NCBI RefSeq assembly: GCF_020745735.1
Contig: NC_083425.1
Span: forward strand, 30,863,575 to 30,927,574
DNA: 64,000 nucleotides
Source of the DNA: Hemiscyllium ocellatum
Taxonomy: Eukaryota
Direction: 5' to 3'
The notes beneath the pieces are model-generated. The model searched no databases and was not told the DNA's origin. It was given only the letters and a program-made list of their open reading frames with translations. A program made the translations under genes and the position numbers. Below, piece after piece: positions 14,191-25,735 of the stretch; positions within the stretch are counted from its first letter, which is position 1; the number at the start of each line of letters is the position of its first letter.

Positions 14191-14514
14191 TTAGATTAGA
14201 TTACTTACTTACAGTATGGAAACAGGCCCTTCGGCCCAACAAGTCCACACCAACCCGCCGAAGCGCAACCCACCCAGACCCATTCCCCTACACCTAACAC
14301 TACAAGGAATTTAGCATGGCCAATTCACCAAACCTGCACATTTTTGGATTGTGGGAGGAAACCGTAGCACCTGGAGGAAACCCACGCAGACATGGGGAGA
14401 ACGTGCAAACTCCACACAGAGAGTCACCTGAGGCGGGATTGAACCCGGGTCTCTGGCGCTGTGAGGCAGCTGTGCTAACCACTGTGCCACCGTGCCGCCC
14501 ACCGTGCTGCCCAC
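14191..14514 (-). mobile_element. HE1 SINE, full length and young, inserted into a hammerhead motif
   Basis: Complete head, body and tail. The flanks rejoin to a family A hammerhead (attcctgatgaagggcttttgcctgaa...aatgtcgatt on the minus strand). Confidence 0.93.
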
Positions 14515-15264
14515 TTCAGGCAAAAGCCCTTCATCAGGAATGCCTGGTGATTATTGTGCAGTGTCCATTCATTTGTTGTCATAGTGTCTACCTGGTCTTG
14601 CCAAAGTACCATGCCTCAGGGCATCCTTGCCTGCAGCTCAGAAGATAGACACCATTGGCCGAGTCATATGAGTATCTGCTGCATACACAGTGGGTGATAC
14701 CCCCATGGGAATGGTGATGGACTCATTCCCGATGAAGGCTTTTGCCCAAAAAGTCAATTTTTCTGTTCCATAGATGCTGCCTGACCTGCTGTGCTTTTCC
14801 AGCACTATTCTAATCTTGACTCTAATCTCCAGCATCTGCAGTCCTCTCTTTTGCCTAAATGTGTCTAAGTGTCAACATGGATACCACCATTACCAGTGGA
14901 AACACCACCATTGTGCATGCGTTAGGGACTCATACGACTTGGCCAAAGTTGACTATCTCGTACCCTGCGGGCAAGGATGCCCTGAGGATGGTACACTGGC
15001 AAGAATAAGCAGACACTATGACAACAAATGAATGGATACTGCACAATAATCACCAGATAGGAATGTTCTCTCCCATTCAGGGAACATTTCAGTCATCAGG
15101 GACATTTGGAGCAGATCTTTGGGTAATCATTCTCCAAGGTGGACTTTGGGATTTGAAACAAGGCAAAGTGACCAAGCAGAGTGACAGCCATGTTCGGTAC
15201 CCATGGGAATGGCTTCAACCAGAACGTTGAGATGTTGTCACACTATAGGTGATCCCACTACACT

Positions 15265-15597
15265 GCTCAGTCTCACACACTCACATATAGGCATACACAC
15301 ACTCTTACATACTCACACATGCACACAGACCCTCTCTCATACACATGATCTCTCTCAGACACACACATACACAATCCTCACATTCACATCCACGCACTCA
15401 CCCTCTCACAGACTTATACTATGTCACACTCATGTACAGACTCTACCAAGCATGCACACATACACACACTCTCATGCGCACTCACACTCAAATGCACACA
15501 CACACTCTTTCTCTCTCTCTCTCACACTCAAATGCACACACACACTCTTTCTCTCTCTCTCTCACACACACACGCATGCATACACACACACGTATAC
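15265..15597. repeat. Degenerate (CA)n/(CT)n low-complexity tract inside the Penelope family B UTR
   Basis: Directly visible. Includes a tandem duplication of ctcacactcaaatgcacacacacactctttctctctctct. Confidence 0.85.
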
Positions 15598-15998
15598 AAA
15601 GTGAATTTGCATTTGCAGAATTGTAGTTGCAGATACATTCCATTTTTGCTCAAAAAGCACACAATTTGCAGGCAGTCAATGCATATAATATTTTGTAAAT
15701 TCCAACTTTGGAAATATAACCAGTTTGGCTCAAGATTGGAATACAGACAGACTCTAACCTCACACCTTTAATGCATTGTCTGAGCTGAGATGTCACCTTT
15801 TTTTATAAAACTAAAGTTATCTTGAGAATGTGACTTAAAAGAAGTTCTAGGATTTACATACTAATGAACCGAAACCTGCAACCCATTCTAAAAGATGAAA
15901 GACTTAACAGCAATCTAGGTTTGTTCAATGTATCATTTTAATTGCATGATACTGATCTTTTGCGATAGATTCTGTGTCTTATGGTGCTGCTCCCCAGC

Positions 15999-16033
15999 TA
16001 CCTGATGAAGGAGCAATGCTCTGAAAGCTAGTA
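15999..16033 (+). ncRNA. Minimal type-I hammerhead ribozyme motif (family B)
   Basis: tac-CTGATGA-a-ggagc-aat-gctct-GAAA-gcta-gta: stem I tac/gta, palindromic AGCT and CUA cleavage triplet. Confidence 0.75.
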
Positions 16034-16038
16034 CTTCC

Positions 16039-16623
16039 TATACTTGTACAGGATGTTGGTTCGTCCGCATTTGGAATACTGTGTACAGTTCTGGTCGCCA
16101 CATTACCAAAAGGATGTGGACACTTTGGAGAGGGTGCAGAGAAGGTTTACAAGGTTGTTGCTTGGTATGGAAGGTGCTAGCTATGAAGAGAGGTTGAATA
16201 GGTTAGGTTTATTTTCATTACAAAAAAGGAGATTGAGGGGGGACCTCCTTGAGGTTTACAAAATCATGAAGGGTATAGACAGGGTGGATAGAGACAAGCT
16301 TTTTCCCAGGGTGAAGGATTCGATCATGAGAGGTCATGCTTTCAAGGTGAGAGGTGGAAAGTTTAAGGGAGATACACACTGCAAGTACTTCACACAGAGG
16401 GTGGTTGGCGTCTGGAATGCGTTGCCAACAGAGGTGGTAGAGGCAGGCACGGTAGATTCATTTAAGATGCGTCCGAACAGATGCATGAGTAGGTGGGGAG
16501 CAGAGGGATAAAGATGCTTAGGAATTGGGTGACAAGTTTAGACAGTAGATTTGGATCGGCTCAGACTTGGAGGGCCGAAGGGCCTGTTCCTGGGCTGTAA
16601 GTTTTCTTTATTCTTTGTTTTTT
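16039..16623 (+). mobile_element. CR1/HER1-like LINE, 5'-truncated, with 7-bp TSD
   Basis: ORF 16044..16511 (LVRPHLEYCVQFWSP..LERVQRRFTR..RRLRGDL.EVYKIM..FTQRVV..WNALP). TSD tacttcc at 16032-16038 and 16624-16630. Confidence 0.95.
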
Positions 16624-17223
16624 TACTTCCAAACAAACCTGTTGGACTATAACCTGGTGTTGTGTGATTTTTAATTTTGTCCACCCGAGTCCAACACCAG
16701 CACCTTCAATTCATAAAACAACTTAGTATTAAGTTGCAATGTGGCCAATATCACAATATCAAACAAAATATAATACATTTGGCTGTGCAACCTTCCTTAA
16801 AACAGGAACTTTTTCCTTGTTTGATCTCAGGAACAGGTCTTCGCCAAGACACTATAAATTTTTCTGCCAGTTCCATCCAGCGTTATTTATCCGATGTGAA
16901 AAGAGAAACACTAACCTTCTAAAATGGTTTATTTACTATTATATTCAGGATCTCTTTTAAGACATTGGTCATTTTGCAGCTTGGTCTATTTCACAGTTAC
17001 AGTGTAGCTTTCTGACAATCATTGATCCTTTAAGATATCCTGATGTCAGAAAATGAGTCCCTTTGCTTCTTGCAGTTTAATGTTGCGCTGAGGAGTTAAC
17101 TTCATTTGACAGTATTAACAGACAGGACAAATATCTCCATGAGTATAATTTTGGGTCTTAAACCAAAGAATCTGCTCCAAGTGACATAAACTGCATTTGC
17201 TAGCACCAAAGATATAGGTCTAA

Positions 17224-17297
17224 TTAGATTAGATTACTTACAGTGTGGAAACAGATCCTTCGGCCCAACAAGTCCACACCGACCCGTCGAAGCGCAA
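17224..17297 (-). mobile_element. HE1 SINE 3' tail fragment
   Basis: ttagattagattacttacagtgtggaaacag...gaagcgcaa. Confidence 0.85.
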
Positions 17298-19854
17298 TAA
17301 TGTTTGTATTAAAATACTTAATCCAAAAGCATGCCTGATTTTGGCTCTTCAGCATCATTTAATTAGTACCAATATCGGGATTTTAAAGTTTCAGCAGTTG
17401 TGCTCTTGAATGAACCATTAAAGGGAAGATATCATTGGGAAGAATTAACCTGGAGAGGCAGGATGATCACAAAGGAGGCATCCAGGATAGGGATTGCCTG
17501 ACCAAGTGGGAAGAGGTAGGAAATCAGTAACTCACAGATTTAATATGGGGTCAAGGGAAGTGCACATGAATGTTCCAACTCCCTACTCAAGTCAGTTTAT
17601 ACTTTAAAAGTTAGTTTTTTAGTGAAAGTCTGTATTGCTTTCTTTCCCGCTTTATAGATTGCAGGCACAGAACAGATTTCTCTGAGTGGATCAGGTGCTT
17701 GCTTCATGCATGGGCAGTGGATTCCTACATTTGTGCCCACAGCAACATTGTGAGCAAGGCAATTCAAAGTTATAATAAGCATTTAATTCTCACCCATCAT
17801 ATTGATAGACAATATGCCATTTTACTGTCAGAAAACATGGCATGATGTTGAATATCCAATTAGTATACAAGTCAGAGACTTCTGACTCAGTCAGAATGGA
17901 TGGCAATACATCCAATCATTAGAAGTAGGTGGGAAGATTGAACACTGGGTTTTCCTGCATAGTGTCAACTCAGAACAGGAGTATGACTTTACCAACAGAT
18001 TTTCTGCCCCTGGAGTTTAACTTGACTAAACAAATTTGTTACAATTGGATGGAAATGCTGAAGAAGAATTTACCGGATGAGGTAGGCCTAATCCACAATC
18101 TCAGGTAGCAGGGGTTCTGATTGCCAAGTCAGAGAGGCAATAGCTTCCAAACCAAAGACAGGGTTTTCTGGTTGTTGGGTGTCTGCAAGTATGGCCAATC
18201 CAATGGAAGATTGGTGTTAATATGGGAGTCATTGATTATAGTGGTAGAGAGTTTCTGAGTTTGAGCATAGTACTTTGAGATAAAAGGCTCCTACTCCCCC
18301 TAGCTTGCAGATTTGCTTCCCAGGGCTGCCTTTGCCTTGCTGCAATTACCTGGTTTTCCAAAACCTAATTGATTACATTAATAGAATGTTCACTCAGCCA
18401 AGCAGATTAAATCCAAAGATCCCTGCCTCATTCCCATTGCTAATATAATGTTAATGCCAATCTACCTCTTGGGAGTGAATTTGCTATCCTTGTACCTCCT
18501 GAGCAAAATCTTGAGTTTGTAGGTAGTAAGGTTTGAACTGCTTTCCAAGAGTTTCCATCTTGTGGATGTTTAAGCTAAGCCAATCACTCTCGCGATGTAA
18601 ACATTTTGCCATTTCAAAATTAAATGTTTGAAGTTCTGTTATTGGAATGGAAACAGTAGTTCCTCAGGTTTTCTGGGAAAGGGTGGTTTGGTGGCAAATC
18701 AAAGTTTATATACTTACAGGGTTATCTGTAATTGTATTTGAATTATAATTGTATACTGTCTCTTATTAATTTGTTGTTTTTGATGAATTGGATTGAATAA
18801 TAATTTACAGAGAAAAATCAAAATCTTTGGTGTGTTGCTCCAAAAGCAACAATTGTGCCTCAACTTTGATGGCATTAGCTCTTCAGCAAGAACAATTTCC
18901 AATGATACACTTAATGAAATATTTATATTCCAAATAAAACATTTAATGGTGCTTCTATTGTCACTGTACCTTGGAATGACTGCAGCAAATATTCCTGGAA
19001 TATAGCAAATAGATACTCAAAGATCTCCCAATATATTATTTTGCTTCCTTTGCCATTTTTCTGTATTTCCCTTCTAACTTAAGCTGAAATGCTCAACATT
19101 ATGTTTAAGTACAACAAGTGGTTGGTCAGTTTTGGATCCCCATCCAAGCAGCCATTCCTAGTGGACTTGCTTCAACTGGTTCTTGGGCTAATGGGGTGAG
19201 CTAAATTATGTTCAAGCTCGCTGTCCACTCAAATGAGCTTGGTATGCAGTTGGGAATTGGAAAACAGACTGATTTGCCCAAAAGGTAAGATCAGTTAACT
19301 GCAGGTAAATGATGGACTTTCCTTCTCTTCTTGACTTTGTTAATTGCTGGATACGTCAAGAGAAACTGTATTTCAATATTTTATGAGCAGCTTTAAATGT
19401 AGAATCTTCCTTCATATTAGTGTTATGCTGCCTTTTATTTATTATTTATTGCTATAGTTCCACTAAGTTTCGCTTATCAAGACAGATAAAGGAGAGGGTC
19501 ATTTCTTAAGTATATACACAATAAGATGAGAGCTAAAAAGGTAAAGCACAGAGTACAAGCACTACAAAAGGAATATGTTAAGCTCTAATTTTTATTTCCA
19601 ACTGCAAATCATGTATGATAGAATAAGTATTACCAAATGTTTGCATTGAAAAAAAGCATGGGAACGCATTTTCACTCAGGGAAATTCTTTCAAAAACATT
19701 TGTTTCATTTATTATATCAAACAGAAACCCTAAAATTATTTCACCTTCCTTCATTCCACATTTGGTGTTCAATCTCAAATGTAACATGGAGGTAAAATGG
19801 CTTCAGGATTCAATCAATCTCTTTGAAGTACTCAAAGATGAGGTGGAATCTCTG

Positions 19855-19960
19855 AAGAAAGGGTTAACTCTGTTTTTGACTCTACAGATGATACCTGACC
19901 TGCTGATTATTTCCAGTTAACATTTTTAGTTTTATTTGGATTTCTAACACCTAAGCTACA
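19855..19960 (+). repeat. Decayed Penelope family C terminal repeat
   Basis: ctgaagaaagg...gttaactctgttt...acagatgatacctgacctgctg. Confidence 0.55.
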
Positions 19961-20100
19961 TTACTCAAATGTTAACAGCCTTGACTAGATCTACAACACT
20001 GCACAGTTTAACGTCAGATCTGCTTGTTTTAGAATTTAAAACAAGCATTGCGGACACACAAACCTTTCCATTCAGTATCAATGTATGATAGATGTAGTAC

Positions 20101-20270
20101 CTTTGTAGCTCCCTTAAAGTAGCTGAAATCTTCAAGCTGTGGCCCAACACATATAGAGTGGCTAAGATATCAGCCCATTGTACCAACTCGCCCAATGGGC
20201 CTCCTTTTGACACCACAGGGCTGAAGACATCGCCTGCTTCCTCAGTCAAGAAACCCAGGTGGACCAAGAT
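20101..20270 (-). CDS. MGAT5B: MGAT5B next coding exon (170 bp, phase 0-2)
   Basis: Lies within ORF 19965..20354. ILVHLGFLTEEAGDVFSPVVSKGGPLGELVQWADILATLYVLGHSLKISATLRELQ matches recalled human ILVHIGFLTEESGDVFSPRVLKGGPLGEMVQWADILTALYVLGHGLRVTVSLKELQ. Acceptor is ttctttccttcacag| and donor is AAG|gtacta. It joins in frame to the 29981 exon. Confidence 0.96.
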
Positions 20271-21159
20271 CTGTGAAGGAAAGAAATTCCACACAGTTAA
20301 GTTTTCAGAGATTTCATTCAAGTTGGCATTTAGTGGATCAATGTGGATCAGCAATCTGAATCTAATCTATGCAAGTTCTGCCATGATTCACTTTTCTAGA
20401 GAGCTAAGAGTTGAAGGGTTCATGCTACAGTGGAGCTCTGAGTTGATTCACCGGTCTGTAATGTCATATTTCTTGGTCTATATTTCACAGTATCTGCATT
20501 CACGTAGCACAGAGGTTGACTGCAGAGGTCATTTAAAGCACAAATTTGCACAATAATTAATTGAGAGACCTTTATGTTTCACATTTATTGCATTAATTTT
20601 GACTGTGTGCATTTTATTTGCATGCATTAACACAGATGCGGAACTATTTGAGTACAATGCAAAGCACATAACATTTCCCACTGCTTGAATTGTAAATCCG
20701 TTTTGCCAGGCCTATCTGTATTGATCAGTAAGGATTAATAAACCGTTAATGAAATGTCAATTTAATATAAATAAAGCATGTAAAAGAGGCATTCTTATTT
20801 GATATGTAAGTTTCAAACAGTGTGCAGCAGTGACATGAATAATGATTCAATAATATAGCAGCATGACCAACCATGTCTAGGAATAGAAGATTTTCATCTT
20901 GCTTTTAATGAAACCTTTGATAAGTCATTGTGAAGGTCTGTAATGTAATAGATGTGCCATTTGGAATAGCACCACCTGGCTCTTACAGCCACTAAATATT
21001 TCATTTTTAGAGAACATTCCTCCCCATTTCCTCCCATTTTGAAGGAGATAGCTGTTTGCAGATATGAATAGACAGTGAATACAAACCAAACGCTTCAATC
21101 AGAGAGGAAGGGAAAGACCATGATAGTAACAACCTGGGATTCCACCCATTGGTAGTCAA

Positions 21160-22400
21160 TCAGAAAGCACTATTGTACAGTGCCTGGAGGTTCCCTAGTC
21201 CCAGCCAAACATGATTCATTCAGAGAGAACAGAAGAAGGAAAAGAAATTCTTTATAGAAATAAAATCATCTTTATACAAAAGCATCTTTACAGTTGAATC
21301 ATGCAATATGTAAGTTAGGTTAAAAACTCCACCAGCAGATGCCTTGAACTGAATAACAATTCAAAGTACTCAAAGTGTGTTATAGATCACTGAATAGTTT
21401 AATATTTGAAATCCTTTTTAGAGTACTATCTAGACTCTATTGCCACATGGCTTGCGGCTACAGATTCTATTGTGGACACTGGAGAAATAGCTATTATGCC
21501 TCTTCTTGGTGTTCACAGTGTGGAGGTGCTAATGTTGGACTAGGGTGGACAAAATCAGAAGTCACATGACACCACGTTCTAGCCCACCAGGTTTATTTGA
21601 AATCACAAGCTTTCATGGTGTCATTCCTTTGTCAGGTGAATCACAAACTTTCAGAGCACTGAAATTAAATTTGACTGGAAGTGAAATTAATTGGCAAAAT
21701 TTTGATACATGATCACAATAGTTTTGTTCATGTACATAAGGCAAAAAATCAAGTCTTATGCTTTAAATGATGACGCACACATCAAAATTATCCTTGTCTC
21801 ACATATTGACATTAATTTATATAGACACAAATATACAAGGAATTACAAATTTCCCCTAGACTATTTCATTATTCTCCATTTTTAGAGTTATAAAACAGGA
21901 TGATGGAATCATGAAGCAGTACAGCACAGATGGAGGCCATTCCTATTTCCATTAAGAATGTGCCATTTGTAGTCTGTTATCTTTTTATATTTCTTTATTT
22001 TGGATTGTGGACCAAAGTAGGAAAAGACATGTTTTAAACCAAGAACTGTAAACAAGTTACTGCATTTTTTAAAAAGAAGGTACAGGAACTCATTGTGAGT
22101 TGTGTTACGCTGTTGCTTTACTCAATTATTTGGGGAAGATGTCAAAAATGTCACAGTCCCAAGGGTGTGCGTTCAGTGACCTAAAACACACTTAGAGTAC
22201 TTTTAATCATTATGTAGTTCAAGGCCTCCACTGGTGGAGCTTTTAATCTAACGTATGTATCACATGATTTAGCTGTAAAGATGCTTTTGTATAAAGATGA
22301 CTCTTTCTTTCTATAAAGAATTTCTTTCCCTCCTTTGTTCTCTCTGAATGAATCATGTTCAATTCGCCCAGAGATAGACTGTGCAATCGATCGACAATCA
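21160..22400. repeat. Long imperfect inverted repeat, arms about 21160-21394 and 22172-22400, unclassified
   Basis: For example aacatgattcattcagagagaaca / tgttctctctgaatgaatcatgtt and tcatctttatacaaaagcatctttacag / ctgtaaagatgcttttgtataaagatga. Confidence 0.9.
21520..21660 (-). repeat. Decayed Penelope family B terminal repeat
   Basis: gttggactagggtggacaaa...caggtttatttgaaatcacaagctttc...gtcaggtg. Confidence 0.65.
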
Positions 22401-24569
22401 GAACCAGTTGTGGAGCCATCAGAACAGCAACAACTCTCCGTCTGGTTCGAGGACAGGTAGACAGTTTATGTGCAAAAAATGTCAGAGCAGAAGGGCTCCA
22501 GACTGAAAAAGACAGCAAATAGCAATGTTTTAAAGTTTAAAAGGAGCTGTCCTTGGTTAAGTTAAGATGTTATTGTCAGTGCAGAGTCCCACCACAGTCA
22601 TACAAGGGCAACCAATTTTAATTGTATATAGTCAGTCAGCCATTTGGGATGATCAGGGTCAGAAGCTCCATTTTACTGGAATCTGGGCAGTCAGCCATGC
22701 TCAGTCCTGTAGATCCAATCCAATTACTATAGAGAGTCATGGTAAGTCAGATAGAGAGTGGCATAGAGATCACTCAGGGATCCAGTCACTCATCAGTTTG
22801 TTGGGGTTGACCCACAGTCTGTCGTGAACATCTGCTCAGTGAAAATCAAGGGGGTTATGAAGGGCCATTACTCTGGTAGGAACGTTGGGTAAGTCAATTG
22901 TGAAGATTTGGAGGCATCATGCTGGGATGCATAAAGGACAATAATTGTGAAGAGGGGTACTCAACATAGGTGTGGGAGATGATAGTGCATTTGAGGACAT
23001 GGGTAACTGCAGGAGTGTCGGGGGGTCATTGACATTCACAAGAACCTTGGCATTGATTGGGTTGGGACAGTTCAGAACAATGGTTGACGTGGCTTTGTGT
23101 GGGACCAGGGATAATGATGGAGATGAAGACTTAAAGGAAAATGGATGGGAACGTGTGCAGACTCTGAATAGTGCTGACAGGAAGTGCAAGGAAGAAAGGA
23201 ATATGCAGTTTTAGGGAGTGGCCTCCTAATTACCAGATTGAGCCCGTGACTGACTGTGTCAAACCTGATCTGATTTGCCTTTCACCCTCAGCCGAATGCA
23301 AACATGCAATGAAAATACAAACTGGCTGCGAACACACTAGACTGGGTGGAATTAGGTTGTTTTTTTCTTGTCTGAGCACTCAAGATTTGCTTATGAGTGA
23401 TGTAAGGCCCTTCACAGGGTTCAATTAATGCCTTAATTGGGCACTTTGACAGTATGGGTTAAAGACATCTGTAATAACAACAATGTTAAATGCATACAGG
23501 GTCTAATCTATGGGATACAAATCCTGATCACATGCAATCACATTACAGATTAATTACAGTCCTCTCTGTGAAGCTGAAGCAATCACAGATGGCCTTAAGA
23601 GTCACCTGCAGGTAACAATTCACAAAAACAATCCAAGATCTCAGTCTGCACAAGAACACAGAGCTGGTTTCCTCTCAGCTTCAATGGCTGGTGATTACCA
23701 AGTTGCAATGCTGCCTTTCTTGGCTGGTGTGGGGAGGGGTGGGGGCGTAGGTGGTAGTCAATGTTTCAGTAATACTATACAGTTCCTGTATTTATGTGAC
23801 ATGGCTTGTGTTGTATAATCAGAATAAGGTCTCTATGTCAATGATTTGTGTAGATGGAATTCCATAGCCCAACTTGTCAGTGTCCTCCACACCCCATGTC
23901 TGAAGGATGATGCCAAACCCATCATGTGAGCAGTCAGCATTTACATCGTTCATGCATCAACAAGAACCTGTTCTGTTTGTGATGGGCCTCATATAGGTTT
24001 CATTGGAAGCATGACAAATGGAGCCAGTCACAGGAGGGGTCATTCTTGCTGTAGCCATCCTGCCAGAAAGGCACAGAGTAATGGAGATGTTACAGATGTG
24101 CCAGTCAGGTCAAGACTAGACACAACTTCCAGTAGCTGCCAAACAGCCTCCACATGAAAAGATCATAGCTGCAGGTCCCTTCAGAATGTATAGGAGATCC
24201 AAAGCCAATTGCCCTTGGTGTCATTACCTCTGGACGCACAAGGTACATTGCTGCTGCATAGAGTCTTGGAGATGTACAGCGAGGATGTCTCAGCTCACCC
24301 TTACAACAGTTGTAGACGGACCTATGACCTGAAGGGCTAAGTGGTCATCCTGTCTCAGTGGATATCGAGGTCACAGCTGCACCAAACATTTATGAAACTG
24401 GCTGCTGCCAAAGATTATCTGGGACCCCTGTGTGGGATCTCTCAAGCTGCAACCCACAAATATATTAAAGTTGTTAGCAATGCAAGAAGTGTTATCAAGA
24501 TCATCCTGTTTCATCTTGTTTCCCCATGATGAGGTCATTGCTACAGCCAAGCAGTGTGCTTCGCCAACA

Positions 24570-24997
24570 TAGAATCATAGAATCCCTACAGGGGTGTGGA
24601 AGCATTTGGCTCATCAAGTTGACAACAACCTTTGAAGAGCACCCCACCCAAACCCACGAGCTACTCTATCCTTGCATTTCACATGACTAATTCACCTAAC
24701 CTACACATTCCTGGACACTATGGACAATTTAGCATGCCTTACAACAGCTGTAGACGGACCTATGACCTGAAGGGCTAAGTGATCATCCTGTCTCAGTGGA
24801 TATCGAGGTCACAGCTGCACCAAACAGCTAGCCTGCACATCTTTGGACTGTGGGAGGAAACCAGAGCACCTAGAAGAAAATCACACAGACATGGGGAGAA
24901 TGTGCTAACTCCACACAGACAGCCACCCAAAGGTGGAATTGAATCTGCGTCTTTGGCACTGTGAGGCAGCAATGCTAACCAATGAGCCACCATTCTG
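24570..24997 (-). mobile_element. HE1 SINE carrying a 90-bp templated insertion
   Basis: Tail catagaatcatagaatccctac, with body and head recognisable. Interrupted at 24737-24826. Confidence 0.85.
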
Positions 24998-25249
24998 CTT
25001 CCTCCTCGCGCACTGATCCACAGTCTATGCACATAGCATATTGAGAGCACCATAATGCAGCAGATTTCATCAAGAGATCTGCTTCTATTCCACCAACGTG
25101 CAATTCTTCTGTGATCAACCTTACTGCATCTTAAAAGTCTGCACCAAAATACCCTAGGAGCTCCCTGAGAACTCTCACATTTTTGGCTTGTTTCAAAGTT
25201 ATAAAGTTTGCTACTGGGAGACCATACATGACAACTCCATTAGTCAACC

Positions 25250-25353
25250 CTCTCTGAGGCCGTGCATTGATACACCTTGGTCCTGGAGGAATGTTGTCTC
25301 ATTTTTATTGTACCAGCTGTGTATGGTAGAAATGACAAACAAAGTTACTCTAC
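25250..25353 (+). mobile_element. Rex1/Babar-like LINE 3' tail
   Basis: ctggaggaatgttgtctcatt...ggtagaaatgacaaacaaagttactctact matches the tail at 52748-52831. Confidence 0.65.
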
Positions 25354-25594
25354 TATGCCATGCATTCTTCCACCAGGGCTATTATAGTACAAACAATGGG
25401 ACAACAGACAGCAGGCAGCGGGCAAGGAGGGGCCATGATTGCCACTAAAGAGTTGGAAGAACAACAGCAATCTTCCAGGAGGAAGGTAAGGATGTAGAAC
25501 AGGAGGAACACTACCTTTAATATGATACAGGGCTGTAGTGCAGGCACAACAAACTAGACAGGACTTGTTCACAGCAGGTTCCAGCAGATGTGAG

Positions 25595-25735
25595 TAAAAA
25601 GTGAGGTCTGCAGATGCTGGAGATCAGCGCTGAAAATGTGCTGCTGGTTAAAGCACAGCAGGTTAGGCAGCATCCAAGGAACAGGAAATTCGACGTTTCG
25701 GGCCAGAGCCCTGATGAAGGGTTCTGCTTTTCAGC
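25595..25735 (-). mobile_element. Penelope family A terminal-repeat insert with 15-bp TSD
   Basis: TSD tccagcagatgtgag at 25580-25594 and 25736-25750. The sequence is the reverse complement of about 41230-41344. Confidence 0.9.

Larger units (their letters stand above)
13905..16708 (+). mobile_element. Penelope element (family B), 5'-truncated and decayed, interrupted at 14125-14868 and 16039-16623
   Basis: Remnants GAEKLHHVLCSLQH, FKQPPNLKQTIV.S.LPSLQ and PCHGN.CKTC, then GIY-YIG remnants (C.QGCPE.WY.G, QMNG, EHFS). These are followed by a CA/CT-rich UTR, a hammerhead at 15999-16033 and the tail aaacctgttggactataacctggtg. Confidence 0.85.
24190..25480 (+). mobile_element. PIF/Harbinger transposase relic with nested SINE and LINE tail
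   Basis: Motifs VTAA, LCGISQAATHKYIKVVSNA, and decayed TH(I)ALRAP, FI.R..F.S.NVQ..CD and KYP.SS match the Harbinger/HARBI1 DDE transposase pattern. There are many frameshifts. Confidence 0.7.

Noticed and set aside
13727-15771. His/Thr-rich and Cys/Val-rich ORFs
   Set aside because: They are translations of (CA)n, (GT)n and (CT)n tracts.
19965-20354. The full 129-aa ORF as a stand-alone gene
   Set aside because: Only 20101-20270 is homologous and it is bounded by splice sites. The rest is intronic read-through.
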